From an uncultured Candidatus Sumerlaeota bacterium (GTDB lineage Bacteria > CAYMEV01), in the NCBI GenBank assembly GCA_964389675.1, contig CAYMEV010000016.1:1-64000 (forward strand): a stretch of 64,000 bases of DNA, read 5' to 3'. Below the pieces are notes generated by a model that was not told the DNA's origin, did no database searches, and was given only the letters and a program-made list of their open reading frames with translations. A program made the translations under genes and the position numbers. Shown in pieces: positions 9,519 through 18,733 of the stretch. Position 1 is the stretch's first letter. Each line of letters starts with the position of its first letter.

Positions 9519-10526
9519 TCAGCATATCCTTGGCAGGTTAAGCCCTTCAGGCATGTTCATCAGTATATCCGTACCGACACTTGTGTGCAGTACCACCACT
9601 GGCTTCATGCTGTCTGTAATTTTGCCGATGACCGATGCCTTTTGGCCTATTTCAGTGCCTCTGATAATTTCAAGGGCTCTATCTGTATCTTTGCTTTCTG
9701 TAATAATAACAGCAGTTCCCTCACATGCGATCTCAAACTGATTAAGCCCGAGGATATCACATACTGCCATAACTGAAGGTCCAACAGGTATTGCTGTCTC
9801 ATTTACCCTTATACCCATTTTTGATGATGAAGCTATTTCATTCAGGGCAGCTGACAGGCCTCCCCTTGTCGGGTCTGTCATAAATTTCGGTGAAATACCA
9901 TTCTCGCTTAATGCATAGATTATCGGGTGAAGGCTGCATACATCGCTTATAATGGGAGTATCAAGGCTTATACCCTCCCTCTGGATAAGCACTGCTATGC
10001 CATGTTCAGCAATACCCCTGGTAATAATTATATCATCCCCGTTCCTGATATTGGAAAAATGGCACAATGGCTTAAAAATGGGTATGCCTATGCAGCTTGT
10101 ATTAATAAATATCTTGTCGCCTTTCCCTTTTTCGAGCACCTTTGTATCTCCAGTAACAATCTTTATGCCTATGTTCTCGCATTCAGCCTTTATTGAATTC
10201 ATCAGCATCTTCAGTACGGCTGTTTCAAAACCTTCCTCTATTATAAGAGAGAGGGACATAAAAAGGGGCTTTCCCCCTGATACAAGTATATCATTTGCCG
10301 TGCCACAGACTGAAAGCTTGCCTATATCGCCCCCGGGAAATATTATCGGGTCTATTATATGGGAATCTGTTGTAAACAGCAGGTTATTCCCGTTAAATCC
10401 TACAGATGCACTATCTGTCGGGAAAGCCAGATAATTGTTGTCAATTGGGGGTTTTATTACTTCATTGATGAGCTGATGCATTTCATATCCGCCATTGCCA
10501 AAGCTGATATCAATTGTATCTCTCAA
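9519..10526 (-). CDS. hypE: Hydrogenase maturation carbamoyl dehydratase HypE
   Basis: FTTDS, FPGGDIGKLSVCGT.ND, GDTKV, DPTRGG, C-terminal PRIC. Confidence 0.95.
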   Translation of the reverse strand: MRDTIDISFGNGGYEMHQLINEVIKPPIDNNYLAFPTDSASVGFNGNNLLFTTDSHIIDPIIFPGGDIGKLSVCGTANDILVSGGKPLFMSLSLIIEEGFETAVLKMLMNSIKAECENIGIKIVTGDTKVLEKGKGDKIFINTSCIGIPIFKPLCHFSNIRNGDDIIITRGIAEHGIAVLIQREGISLDTPIISDVCSLHPIIYALSENGISPKFMTDPTRGGLSAALNEIASSSKMGIRVNETAIPVGPSVMAVCDILGLNQFEIACEGTAVIITESKDTDRALEIIRGTEIGQKASVIGKITDSMKPVVVLHTSVGTDILMNMPEGLNLPRIC

Positions 10527-10747
10527 GTTTCGGAACCTCTCTCAATTTCTTCAAACATCCTTATAGTCTTTTCTGCTTCGTCTTTGTCTATCTTGGATAT
10601 TGCATAGCCTGAATGCATAAGCACCCAGTCTCCAACCTTTGGATCTTCCAGCAGTATCAGTGATGTTTCCCTGGTTACATTATTGAATGTGACCTTTGCC
10701 CTGGAGTCCTTGATCTCTATTATTTCCATTGGGATAGCAACACACAT
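10523..10747 (-). CDS. hypC: Hydrogenase maturation chaperone HypC/HybG
   Basis: MCVAIP (Cys2), VGDWVLMHSGYAI. Confidence 0.93.
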   Translation of the reverse strand: MCVAIPMEIIEIKDSRAKVTFNNVTRETSLILLEDPKVGDWVLMHSGYAISKIDKDEAEKTIRMFEEIERGSET

Positions 10748-11115
10748 TATTCTTCACTCATGCCTGTATTATTTCCTCTTTCAAGGATCTTTCTGGAAAC
10801 TTTCACATCACTGTTCAAGCCATCTATGAAGTATTTTATGGATTTTGACGGGTCTTTGCCTGCACATACGAAAATATCAACTGCAATATAGTTAAATTCC
10901 GGATATGAATGCAGAGATGCATGACTTTCCTGAAGAATGAAAAGGAATGTAGATCCGCCATTGGAAAAGGTATGGCGTTTCCCCTCACCGACAATATTCA
11001 TTTTCCCTTTGATAAGTGAGTGCCTGAAATGATCATACAGCCATTCAACATCTGTTATGATATTATTGCTGACATTGCATATATCAGCTAAATACTGCAC
11101 ACCTATAGTTTCCAT
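10747..11115 (-). CDS. speD: Pyruvoyl-dependent S-adenosylmethionine decarboxylase-family proenzyme
   Basis: 122 aa; self-cleavage motif LQESH, H.YPE...AVDIF.C, terminal ERG; substrate not certain. Confidence 0.8.
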   Translation of the reverse strand: METIGVQYLADICNVSNNIITDVEWLYDHFRHSLIKGKMNIVGEGKRHTFSNGGSTFLFILQESHASLHSYPEFNYIAVDIFVCAGKDPSKSIKYFIDGLNSDVKVSRKILERGNNTGMSEE

Positions 11116-11121
11116 AGCCTA

Positions 11122-11149
11122 AATATATATTTTTTTCTCTTTATTTCAA
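11122..11149 (-). promoter_or_regulatory. Putative promoter of the speD-hyp operon (TTGAAA-N16-TATATT), likely leaderless
   Basis: -10 ends 6 nt before ATG 11115; no SD. Confidence 0.5.
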
Positions 11150-11179
11150 GATTTTTTATAATAAAATAGCCTAACAATA

Positions 11180-11746
11180 ATGAGCAATATGATGAAAATC
11201 ACGAAAAGGTTATTTTTTGTTCTTCTGATAGCCTTTGTTTACAGTATGCCTTTATTTTCTAAGGAAACCGATAAGGCTTATAATCTTAAAGAGGCTGCTG
11301 AATATATTAAAAAAGGGCTTTATGAACAGGCAAGGTCTGCCCTTATACCATGTATTAAATATTCCAGGGACATCAATATTAAAAGCAATGCCAGTATCCT
11401 GATGGCTATAACATACTATCATGAGGATAATATAAAACTGTCCCTGTGTATGTTGAGTAATCTTATGCAGGAAACATTAACAGATGAAATCAGGGATGAT
11501 ATTCTCTCTTTCCTTGAAATAATGGCCGAAAACCTGGATAATCACAAGGAAGAAGCACTGGCAATAAGCCTTTTTATAATCAGGAATGATCCTGGAAGGA
11601 AGGATGCTTATTTCAGGGCAGGCTACATACTTTACTCTCTTTTTGATGATAAGCAGAGCGCTCTTTTTTATTTCCAGCAAGGATTATCCCTGTATCCCGC
11701 AAAGAATCTCAAAGCCCTGTATTTTCTTAAGGAATATTATGAATAA
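11180..11746 (+). CDS. Exported TPR-like protein
   Basis: Signal-peptide-like N-terminus; helical repeats (AYFRAGYILY...ALFYFQQGLSLYP). Confidence 0.6.
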   Translation: MSNMMKITKRLFFVLLIAFVYSMPLFSKETDKAYNLKEAAEYIKKGLYEQARSALIPCIKYSRDINIKSNASILMAITYYHEDNIKLSLCMLSNLMQETLTDEIRDDILSFLEIMAENLDNHKEEALAISLFIIRNDPGRKDAYFRAGYILYSLFDDKQSALFYFQQGLSLYPAKNLKALYFLKEYYE

Positions 11747-13043
11747 AAAAAGAATACTTTTTGCCATAATCATGATTTTGCTTATTTCAGCAATGCTGAT
11801 AAAATGCAATTCAAAAAGGGATTCTCATAATGTTTTTGTACTTTTTTTAGTTGATACATTGAGATATGATACCTTTTGTGAAATTGCCGGTAAAGGCTAT
11901 GATGATTCAGGCTTCGCCCTCCTTCTTGACAAAAACGGCAAAATATTTGATAAGGCCTTTACCACAAGCCCCTGGACATTGCCTTCTTTTTATTCAATAT
12001 TTACCTCTATCCCTGCTTATCAGCTGCCTGCAATAACAAGGGGAAAGCCTGCTGAACTTGTTTTTTTTACTGATGTTTTAAGAAAGAACAAAATTTATAC
12101 TTTGGGGATTGGTTCATCCCCCTATTTCAATCCGTTCTTTGGATTTGACCGTCATTTTGATACCTTTAAGAATATCAGGAAAGATTCAGGGGAGCTTGAA
12201 TATTCAAAGAAGGTAGCCCCTGATCTGTTCTTTTCATCACTGGCAAGCGCCAGAGAAATACGTCAGTCGGTCATTGAGATTATAGACAATAATGCATTGG
12301 AGGGGGACCTTTTCCTGTTTATTCATTTTATTGACCCGCATATACCGTATCTGCCTTCAGGTAAAAGCATTGAGGATTTCCTGGAAATGGATGAGATTCA
12401 GGAATTCTTTAAGCCCAATAACCTCGCAAATCTGAGAGAAATCAGCCCTGATTTCTCTTCAGGCACAAAAGAAGAGATAGAGAGGCTTTACTATGAATGT
12501 GTCAGGGACGTAGACAGAGAGATTGGAGTAATTGTAAACCATATAGAGAAATCATTCAATAAAAGCAGAATATGCTATCTTCTTTCCTCCGACCATGGAG
12601 AAGAGTTCTGGGAACATGGAGGCTTTGAACACGGGCATTCATTCTATAATGAGGTAGTGCATATCCCTTTCCTTATAACTGATCATGAATTACAGCAGAA
12701 GAATGCTTTTGATCTTACATGTATCGGAGGTATTGTATTTAAGTTTTTTGCTATCCCCCAGAAAGAGAATCTCAATAATGAGATCATTATAAGCAATAAT
12801 CTCTACGGAAAGCCTGGAGTCGCTGTTCTGGATTATCCAAAGAAGTTTATATGTCATGACATTACAGGCCTGTTTGACCTGGAAACAGACAGTTCTGAAA
12901 AGTATCCATTAAAAGATAATGAACTTATTAGCGGGTTTTTGAAAGCAGCAAGGAGAATCCTTGATCATACTGAATCCCAGGAATTTTCAGATATTGACAA
13001 TAATCTGCAGGAGGAACTTAAAAGCCTTGGGTATATTCAATAG
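11739..13043 (+). CDS. Sulfatase-like alkaline-phosphatase-superfamily hydrolase/transferase
   Basis: VDTLRYD, SPWTLPS, HFIDPH.PY, SDHGEEF.EHG..EHGH, terminal LKSLGY; start moved to ATG 11739 (overlaps upstream stop, followed by signal/lipobox-like segment). Confidence 0.82.
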   Translation: MNKKRILFAIIMILLISAMLIKCNSKRDSHNVFVLFLVDTLRYDTFCEIAGKGYDDSGFALLLDKNGKIFDKAFTTSPWTLPSFYSIFTSIPAYQLPAITRGKPAELVFFTDVLRKNKIYTLGIGSSPYFNPFFGFDRHFDTFKNIRKDSGELEYSKKVAPDLFFSSLASAREIRQSVIEIIDNNALEGDLFLFIHFIDPHIPYLPSGKSIEDFLEMDEIQEFFKPNNLANLREISPDFSSGTKEEIERLYYECVRDVDREIGVIVNHIEKSFNKSRICYLLSSDHGEEFWEHGGFEHGHSFYNEVVHIPFLITDHELQQKNAFDLTCIGGIVFKFFAIPQKENLNNEIIISNNLYGKPGVAVLDYPKKFICHDITGLFDLETDSSEKYPLKDNELISGFLKAARRILDHTESQEFSDIDNNLQEELKSLGYIQ

Positions 13044-14397
13044 CAGATACCTTATAGCAATTGGCATTATAATTCATCTTCTGTGGCTGATCTCCCTGGG
13101 GACTGGCTTTTTAAATGAATTCTTTTATGATTCCTCCCATTTCCACAAGGGCCAGGCTGCTGATTTTTTTGTTTTTTATAATGCATCCAGGCTTCTGCTG
13201 AAACAAAAAAGCATCTATGGGCCAAAGGATGCAGGCACACCATATATGTACGGCAGATACACATATATCCCCACTTTTGTAATGCTCACGTTCTGGCTGG
13301 GGCTTCCCGGGCCGTTTTTATCATATTTTCTCTGGGCAGCAATAATAGAGATAACCCTGCTTTTATCTATAATGCTTTCCATTAAATGGAAAAGAAAGAA
13401 GGGCTACAGGATATCTGATGAATTTATCATCTTTTTATGGCTGATTCCCTCACCATTTTACCTTGAGCTTTTTATGGGGCAGAATACTTTTATTTTTGCC
13501 TTTTTCCTTCTGGTTTTTCTTATTTCAAAGGATATTTCAAAAAACAGGGCTATCCCTGTAATATCCTTTTCCCTCAGCGTAATATCCAAGATAGCAAGCA
13601 TTATATGCACTCCAATATTCCTCAAGAACAGGCAATATGCAGTCATCCTCATCCCGGCATTAATTGCAGTGATTACATCGCTTTTCTATTTTACCGCAAT
13701 TGACAGGGAAAAGATTGAAATAATAGGCACTGAGAAAATTGAAAAGCAGGTTCCTGCTGATAAAAAAACGACAAAAGGGGACAAAAGCTCATATAAAATG
13801 CCAATGGTCTCCAGGGGAGACCATACCGAGGACAGAATTTTTATAAAATCTCCAGTAGAATTCAGGATAAGGGTCCCGAAAGGCATCTATATAACACTGC
13901 ATCATATCGGCAGAAAGCCCAAAACCCTCTTTTATCCACAGGTACCGGGGTTTTCATCCTTTCTGTATAATATAACACGTTCAATATCGTTCATGAGATA
14001 TTTTGCAGTTATCATGTGGATAGCTGTTTACAGCATAATTCTATTAAAACCGTCTGATTACATACTTGATTTCGGCATACTGATAATACTGTTTTTTCTG
14101 ACATTCACTTTTATATGGGAACATCATTATACCCTTCTTATGCCTTTCATAATCCTGCTGATCATCAGGGAATACGCCATCAGAGTGCCCCTGCTTATCG
14201 CATACTTTCTTATAGCAGTTCCGACACCATTCTTTCTGTATAATCCTGATCTATGCGGCATATTAAACATGGATGCTAACCTTATAAAGGATATTTTCTA
14301 TTATATACCTAAGAGCGCAGGCGTTCTGCTTGCCTTTGTCTCTGCCCTGTACCTGAAATTTAACTGCAGTATGGTTACCGATGAAAAAAAGATTTAA
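13027..14397 (+). CDS. GT-C membrane glycosyltransferase, family 87 (DUF2029)-like
   Basis: DFFVFY..S..L....IY, YTYIP, MGQ, WEHHY, multi-TM; TTG 13027 after a GAGGA is preferred over 12961. Confidence 0.65.
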   Translation: MGIFNSRYLIAIGIIIHLLWLISLGTGFLNEFFYDSSHFHKGQAADFFVFYNASRLLLKQKSIYGPKDAGTPYMYGRYTYIPTFVMLTFWLGLPGPFLSYFLWAAIIEITLLLSIMLSIKWKRKKGYRISDEFIIFLWLIPSPFYLELFMGQNTFIFAFFLLVFLISKDISKNRAIPVISFSLSVISKIASIICTPIFLKNRQYAVILIPALIAVITSLFYFTAIDREKIEIIGTEKIEKQVPADKKTTKGDKSSYKMPMVSRGDHTEDRIFIKSPVEFRIRVPKGIYITLHHIGRKPKTLFYPQVPGFSSFLYNITRSISFMRYFAVIMWIAVYSIILLKPSDYILDFGILIILFFLTFTFIWEHHYTLLMPFIILLIIREYAIRVPLLIAYFLIAVPTPFFLYNPDLCGILNMDANLIKDIFYYIPKSAGVLLAFVSALYLKFNCSMVTDEKKI

Positions 14398-15937
14398 TAC
14401 CAGTCAGATTTACCTCATAATTCTAATCCTCCTATATCTTTTCCTTACAATATGGATCTTAAAGCCAGCATTCCAGGATGATGCATTCATTACTTTCATA
14501 TATGCCAAGAATTTTGTTAAGGGAAAAGGCCTGGTATATAACTCAGGAGAGTATATTGAAGGCTTTTCATCTCCATTATATACCCTTCTGATAGCATTCC
14601 TGTCCTTTGTCCCATTCATTGATATACCCACAGCCTCACTGGTCCTGTCTGTAATTTCAGGAATACTGGCGATCATAATATTGTATAATATTCTTAAAGC
14701 CTATTTCCCGGGCCGCAATTTCTCAATCTTTTTATGCCTTCTGGTCCTGATCAGCTTCAGTCCTTTTCTGGTTGAGACAATGCAGGGCATGGAGACTGTG
14801 TTCTATATTTTCCTTTTAACAGCATTTATCAGGAATGAAACATGGAAAAGGGAGACAAAAGCTTATCTGATCCTTTATCCATGCATAATCCTTACCAGGC
14901 CTGAGGGTTTCTTTTTGCTCCTGGGGTATCTTTCCTATCGCTGTTTTTTTGACAGAAAAAATCTCCATAGAATGATTTTCATCACAGGCTTTTTTCTGCT
15001 GACTGTATGTGCAAGGTATCTTTATTATGGAGACATCTTCCCAAATACCTTTTATGCCAAAACACCCTTTTCTTTTGGCCTTCTCAGGCAGGGCATAGCA
15101 TCAAATTTAATATTTTTCAGAAAGATAATCCCTCTCCTGCTTATTATGATAAGCTTTGTTATGTTTAATTTCAGGAAGCTGATGAAAAACAGTTTTATAG
15201 TTATCTACCCGGCTTTGTTCTATGTATTCTTTACTTCCTATATTGGTGGAGGCTTCAAATTTACCCACAGATATGATATTTTCGCAATACCCTCCTATAT
15301 CATATTATTCAGCCTGGCTTTGCTTAATCTGTCCCTTTATATAAAAAAAGAACATTTCAGGCTCATATTCATCATTCTTTTCATATTATCTGCAATTACT
15401 TACCAGCATCACAGTTTCCAGAGAGCTGTAGGTTTTCACAATTCAAGGAAGACAATAATAGAAAGGCAGACAGCTTTTGCACTGTACCTTAAGGAAAATT
15501 ACACGGAAAACACTGTTATCTCTACTGGCCAGGCCGGTGCTATAAAGTATTTTACGAATTTTACAAATATTGATATGCTGGGTTTATGTGACAGGCATAT
15601 TGCAAAAGGGAAATTTGACACAAGGGGCCTGAACCTTACCGGCCATCTTAAGGGTGATGGAGAATACGTATTAAGCAGAGACCCCGATATTATTATCTTT
15701 CATAATGGGCTGTTCTCAACAAAGCCTCTGAAAGCTGAGGAAGTAAAAGACAGGACGCTGAGCATGGAAAGATTCTCTGGCTGGCTTTCTGAGGCAGAGA
15801 TAATGCAGAATGATTATTTCTGGGAAAAATACAGCTATAAAAGCATAAGGTTTCCTGATTTTTATGCAAACTACTGGGAAAAAAGGGATCAGCCTGAAAG
15901 CATCGGGATATCTTCTCCTGTAAGGGCTCTAAAATGA
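14381..15937 (+). CDS. GT-C membrane glycosyltransferase (AftB/ArnT-like)
   Basis: QDDAFITF.YA.N...G.GLVYN.GE.IEGFSSPL, GMET, TRPEG, PNTFYAK, DMLGLCD, GHLK. Confidence 0.7.
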   Translation: MKKRFNTSQIYLIILILLYLFLTIWILKPAFQDDAFITFIYAKNFVKGKGLVYNSGEYIEGFSSPLYTLLIAFLSFVPFIDIPTASLVLSVISGILAIIILYNILKAYFPGRNFSIFLCLLVLISFSPFLVETMQGMETVFYIFLLTAFIRNETWKRETKAYLILYPCIILTRPEGFFLLLGYLSYRCFFDRKNLHRMIFITGFFLLTVCARYLYYGDIFPNTFYAKTPFSFGLLRQGIASNLIFFRKIIPLLLIMISFVMFNFRKLMKNSFIVIYPALFYVFFTSYIGGGFKFTHRYDIFAIPSYIILFSLALLNLSLYIKKEHFRLIFIILFILSAITYQHHSFQRAVGFHNSRKTIIERQTAFALYLKENYTENTVISTGQAGAIKYFTNFTNIDMLGLCDRHIAKGKFDTRGLNLTGHLKGDGEYVLSRDPDIIIFHNGLFSTKPLKAEEVKDRTLSMERFSGWLSEAEIMQNDYFWEKYSYKSIRFPDFYANYWEKRDQPESIGISSPVRALK

Positions 15938-16848
15938 TATCCGAGTGATTCTGTCAATCCGGTCTTGTCATAGCCTCCTTCAAGAACACTTATTATCCTT
16001 CCCTCGCAGTAGTACTGGGAAAGGTCGACAATCATTCTGGTAATCTTGTAATATGTTGTTGATTCCCAGTTCAATGTTGAAAACGGGTCCAGTCCATGAG
16101 CATCAAAGCCCGCGGAAATAAAAATAAACTCAGGATCAAAGAATCTGAACAGCTTCTCCAGGTTTTCCTCATATATTTCAAGAATCTCTTTTTCTCCCGA
16201 ATATGGTGGAAGCGGGAAATTGGCTGTATAGCCCTTTCCTTTTCCCTTTCCCTTCTCCCTTTTATATCCATGTTTGAAATACTTGCCTATTTCATGTGTT
16301 GAAAAATAGAATACCGTATCATCCTCATAGAATATCTCCTGTGTTCCGTCACCATGGTGAACATCAAAATCAATGATGATAACATTCTTTATGTCATACC
16401 TGCTCTGCAGATACCTGACTCCAAGTGCAACATTATTTATCAGGCAGAAACCAAGGCCATATCCCCTTCCAGCGTGATTTCCCGGAGGCCTTACAAGACA
16501 AAGGACCCTTGACAGGTCTTCTCTTATGACATTATCTACAGCAGACATTATTGAACCGGCACAGAAAAGAAGTGTTTCAAAACTATCCTTTGACATTCCG
16601 GTATCCGCATCAAAGAAATGGTAACCTTCGTTTATCTCATTCTGCAACAGATCGATATATTTGCTGTCATGGACCATCAGAAGGTCATCCGGGCTTGCCT
16701 TGGACGGCAGTATGAATTTGGCAAGAGAGAACAGGTTCTGCTCTTTCAGGTAGCTCTCTATCCATTTCAGCCTGTAGGGGCTTTCGGGGTGGAGAGGGAT
16801 TCTATGCTTCTTAAAAATATTATCTAATACTAAGCCTATCTTCTGCAT
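15889..16848 (-). CDS. Histone deacetylase-family (class II-like) amidohydrolase
   Basis: HPESP.R, RPPGNHA, GFCLINN, DFDVHHGDGTQ, SAGFDAH..DP, LEGGY. Confidence 0.9.
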   Translation of the reverse strand: MQKIGLVLDNIFKKHRIPLHPESPYRLKWIESYLKEQNLFSLAKFILPSKASPDDLLMVHDSKYIDLLQNEINEGYHFFDADTGMSKDSFETLLFCAGSIMSAVDNVIREDLSRVLCLVRPPGNHAGRGYGLGFCLINNVALGVRYLQSRYDIKNVIIIDFDVHHGDGTQEIFYEDDTVFYFSTHEIGKYFKHGYKREKGKGKGKGYTANFPLPPYSGEKEILEIYEENLEKLFRFFDPEFIFISAGFDAHGLDPFSTLNWESTTYYKITRMIVDLSQYYCEGRIISVLEGGYDKTGLTESLGYHFRALTGEDIPMLSG

Positions 16849-16849
16849 T

Positions 16850-17755
16850 CTAGAACTTAAACTTCAATATATCCTTCATTATATGCCCGGCAACACTCGG
16901 ATTTTCTTTCAGCCTCCTCATGGAGTAAGCATACCAGTGTTTTCCAAACGGAACATAGACCCTGAGATTATGGCCTCTCGATACAATGATATCCCTCAGG
17001 TCTTCATCCACACCAAGCAGCATCTGGAATTCATACATGGTCTTGGGTATCTTCATTTCATCAATAAGTGCCAGTGCCTTACAAACAATATATTCATCAT
17101 GGGTTGCGATACCGACATAAGCATTGGCTTCAAACATCTTTTTAAGATTATAAACAAAACTTTCATTTATATTTTTCATGTCTTTATAGGCATGCTCCCT
17201 CTTTTCAATATAAATCCCCTTGCAAAGCCTGAAATTCAGCCCCTTGCTCCATAAAGCATTTATATCATCTATTGTTCTTCTCAGATAGGCCTGAAGAACT
17301 ACTCCCACATTGGGGAACTTCTCCTTCAGGGACTTATATATAAAAAGGGTATCATCAGTTGCCGTCACATCCTCCATGTCAATTCTGACAAAATTGCCTA
17401 ATTCCTGTGCCTTCCTGACTATCTCGGTCATGATCTCAAGGCACTTATCTCTGTCAATTCGCAATCCCATCTGGCTCAGCTTGATTGAAATGTTTGCATC
17501 CACATTTTCGTCCCTGATCTTTTCAAGCACCTTAAGATATTCATCTTTGCTCTCATAAGCTTCACTTAAATCCGATATGTCTTCACCCAGGACATCCATA
17601 GTAGCCTTGATATTCATGGCATTCAGTTTCTTAACTGCATTTATGCCTGCATCAAGGTCATTCCCGGCAATATATTTTTTGCTGAAAAATCCCACTATGG
17701 GTTTTGGAACAAAAGGCATAGTCATTACAATCATTTTGTTGAAAAGGTTTACCAT
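16850..17755 (-). CDS. Monofunctional proline dehydrogenase
   Basis: YIAG, DVLGE, SIKLSQ, RIDME, QAYL.R, RLCKG.Y.E, IATHD, EFQML.G, YVPFG..W..Y..RRL.E. Confidence 0.93.
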   Translation of the reverse strand: MVNLFNKMIVMTMPFVPKPIVGFFSKKYIAGNDLDAGINAVKKLNAMNIKATMDVLGEDISDLSEAYESKDEYLKVLEKIRDENVDANISIKLSQMGLRIDRDKCLEIMTEIVRKAQELGNFVRIDMEDVTATDDTLFIYKSLKEKFPNVGVVLQAYLRRTIDDINALWSKGLNFRLCKGIYIEKREHAYKDMKNINESFVYNLKKMFEANAYVGIATHDEYIVCKALALIDEMKIPKTMYEFQMLLGVDEDLRDIIVSRGHNLRVYVPFGKHWYAYSMRRLKENPSVAGHIMKDILKFKF

Positions 17756-17804
17756 TTTATGTAATCCTCCTGAATATTAAATTTATTAATTATATTTAAA
17801 TCTC

Positions 17805-18665
17805 TTAATTGTCTCCATCAGCTCCATATGTGAAGCTGTTCATCTCTGATACTCTGCTCAGAAGATCCTCAATTGCCCTGGTATAAGAATCCCTATCATT
17901 CAATATTGAATTATTGTGGCCGCCATTCATATCAGTGTATATTTTTGGCTCTGCTGCTGCATCGTACAATTCTCTTCCCATTCTATGGGGTATTACATCA
18001 TCATCGACTGCATGCATAATAAGCTTGGGCTTTTTTATTTTTGACAGCAGCATTATGCTGTTATATTTCTCCCTGTTTATAATTGAAACTAAAAGAAAGG
18101 GATAATACCGCCTGGCCATATCATCAATGCTCGTAAATGTGGATTCCAGGATTAGTGCATCTGCTTCATACCTTGAGAAATACTCGACTGCGACAGCCCC
18201 TCCCAGCGAATGGCCATAAACCAGGATTGGCCGGCCATCTTCCACGGACTCATTGAGAAACCTGCTGATATAGCTGAATGTATTTCTTATGCTGCTGATT
18301 GATGGTGCTCCAGTGCTCATGCCAAAGCCCGGATAATCAAAAGCAAAAACATGAAATCCTGACTCGTGAAACATTTTGAAAAAAGCCAGCCTGTTGGAGA
18401 TATTACCGCTGTTTCCGCAAAAATAAAGAAGATATGCCCTTCTCTCATGCCTGGGCATCTCCCATCCATGGAGAAGGCTGTCAGGTGTATTAATAAAAAC
18501 ATCCTTATATTCAAGCTGCAGGGATGAGGGATATTCTTTAATTACCCCGGAGGGGAAATATATTAATTTTTTTTGAAATAAGAAAAATCCGGCATTTACA
18601 AGTACTGTCAATAAAAGAAAGCCTGAAACCAGCAAAACGATAGTTTTCTTTATCAAATGAAACAT
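17805..18665 (-). CDS. Alpha/beta hydrolase (ABHD13/BEM46-like)
   Basis: N-terminal TM, QKKLIYFP, DYPGFG.S.G, nucleophile GHSLG, D..IP, GGHN. Confidence 0.88.
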   Translation of the reverse strand: MFHLIKKTIVLLVSGFLLLTVLVNAGFFLFQKKLIYFPSGVIKEYPSSLQLEYKDVFINTPDSLLHGWEMPRHERRAYLLYFCGNSGNISNRLAFFKMFHESGFHVFAFDYPGFGMSTGAPSISSIRNTFSYISRFLNESVEDGRPILVYGHSLGGAVAVEYFSRYEADALILESTFTSIDDMARRYYPFLLVSIINREKYNSIMLLSKIKKPKLIMHAVDDDVIPHRMGRELYDAAAEPKIYTDMNGGHNNSILNDRDSYTRAIEDLLSRVSEMNSFTYGADGDN

Positions 18666-18733
18666 TATGTATTATCTGTTTTGAAAACGGAAAAAAGTCA
18701 ATAAATATCCGTCTTTAATCTGTATTTCTCGGA

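Noticed and set aside
11586-11738. Longest-ORF starts for the sulfatase-like gene (also rpsB 34160, M42 37822, purB 59093, GT87 12961)
   Set aside because: Downstream starts have an RBS or coupling and match family N-termini; the extensions overlap other genes or promoters.
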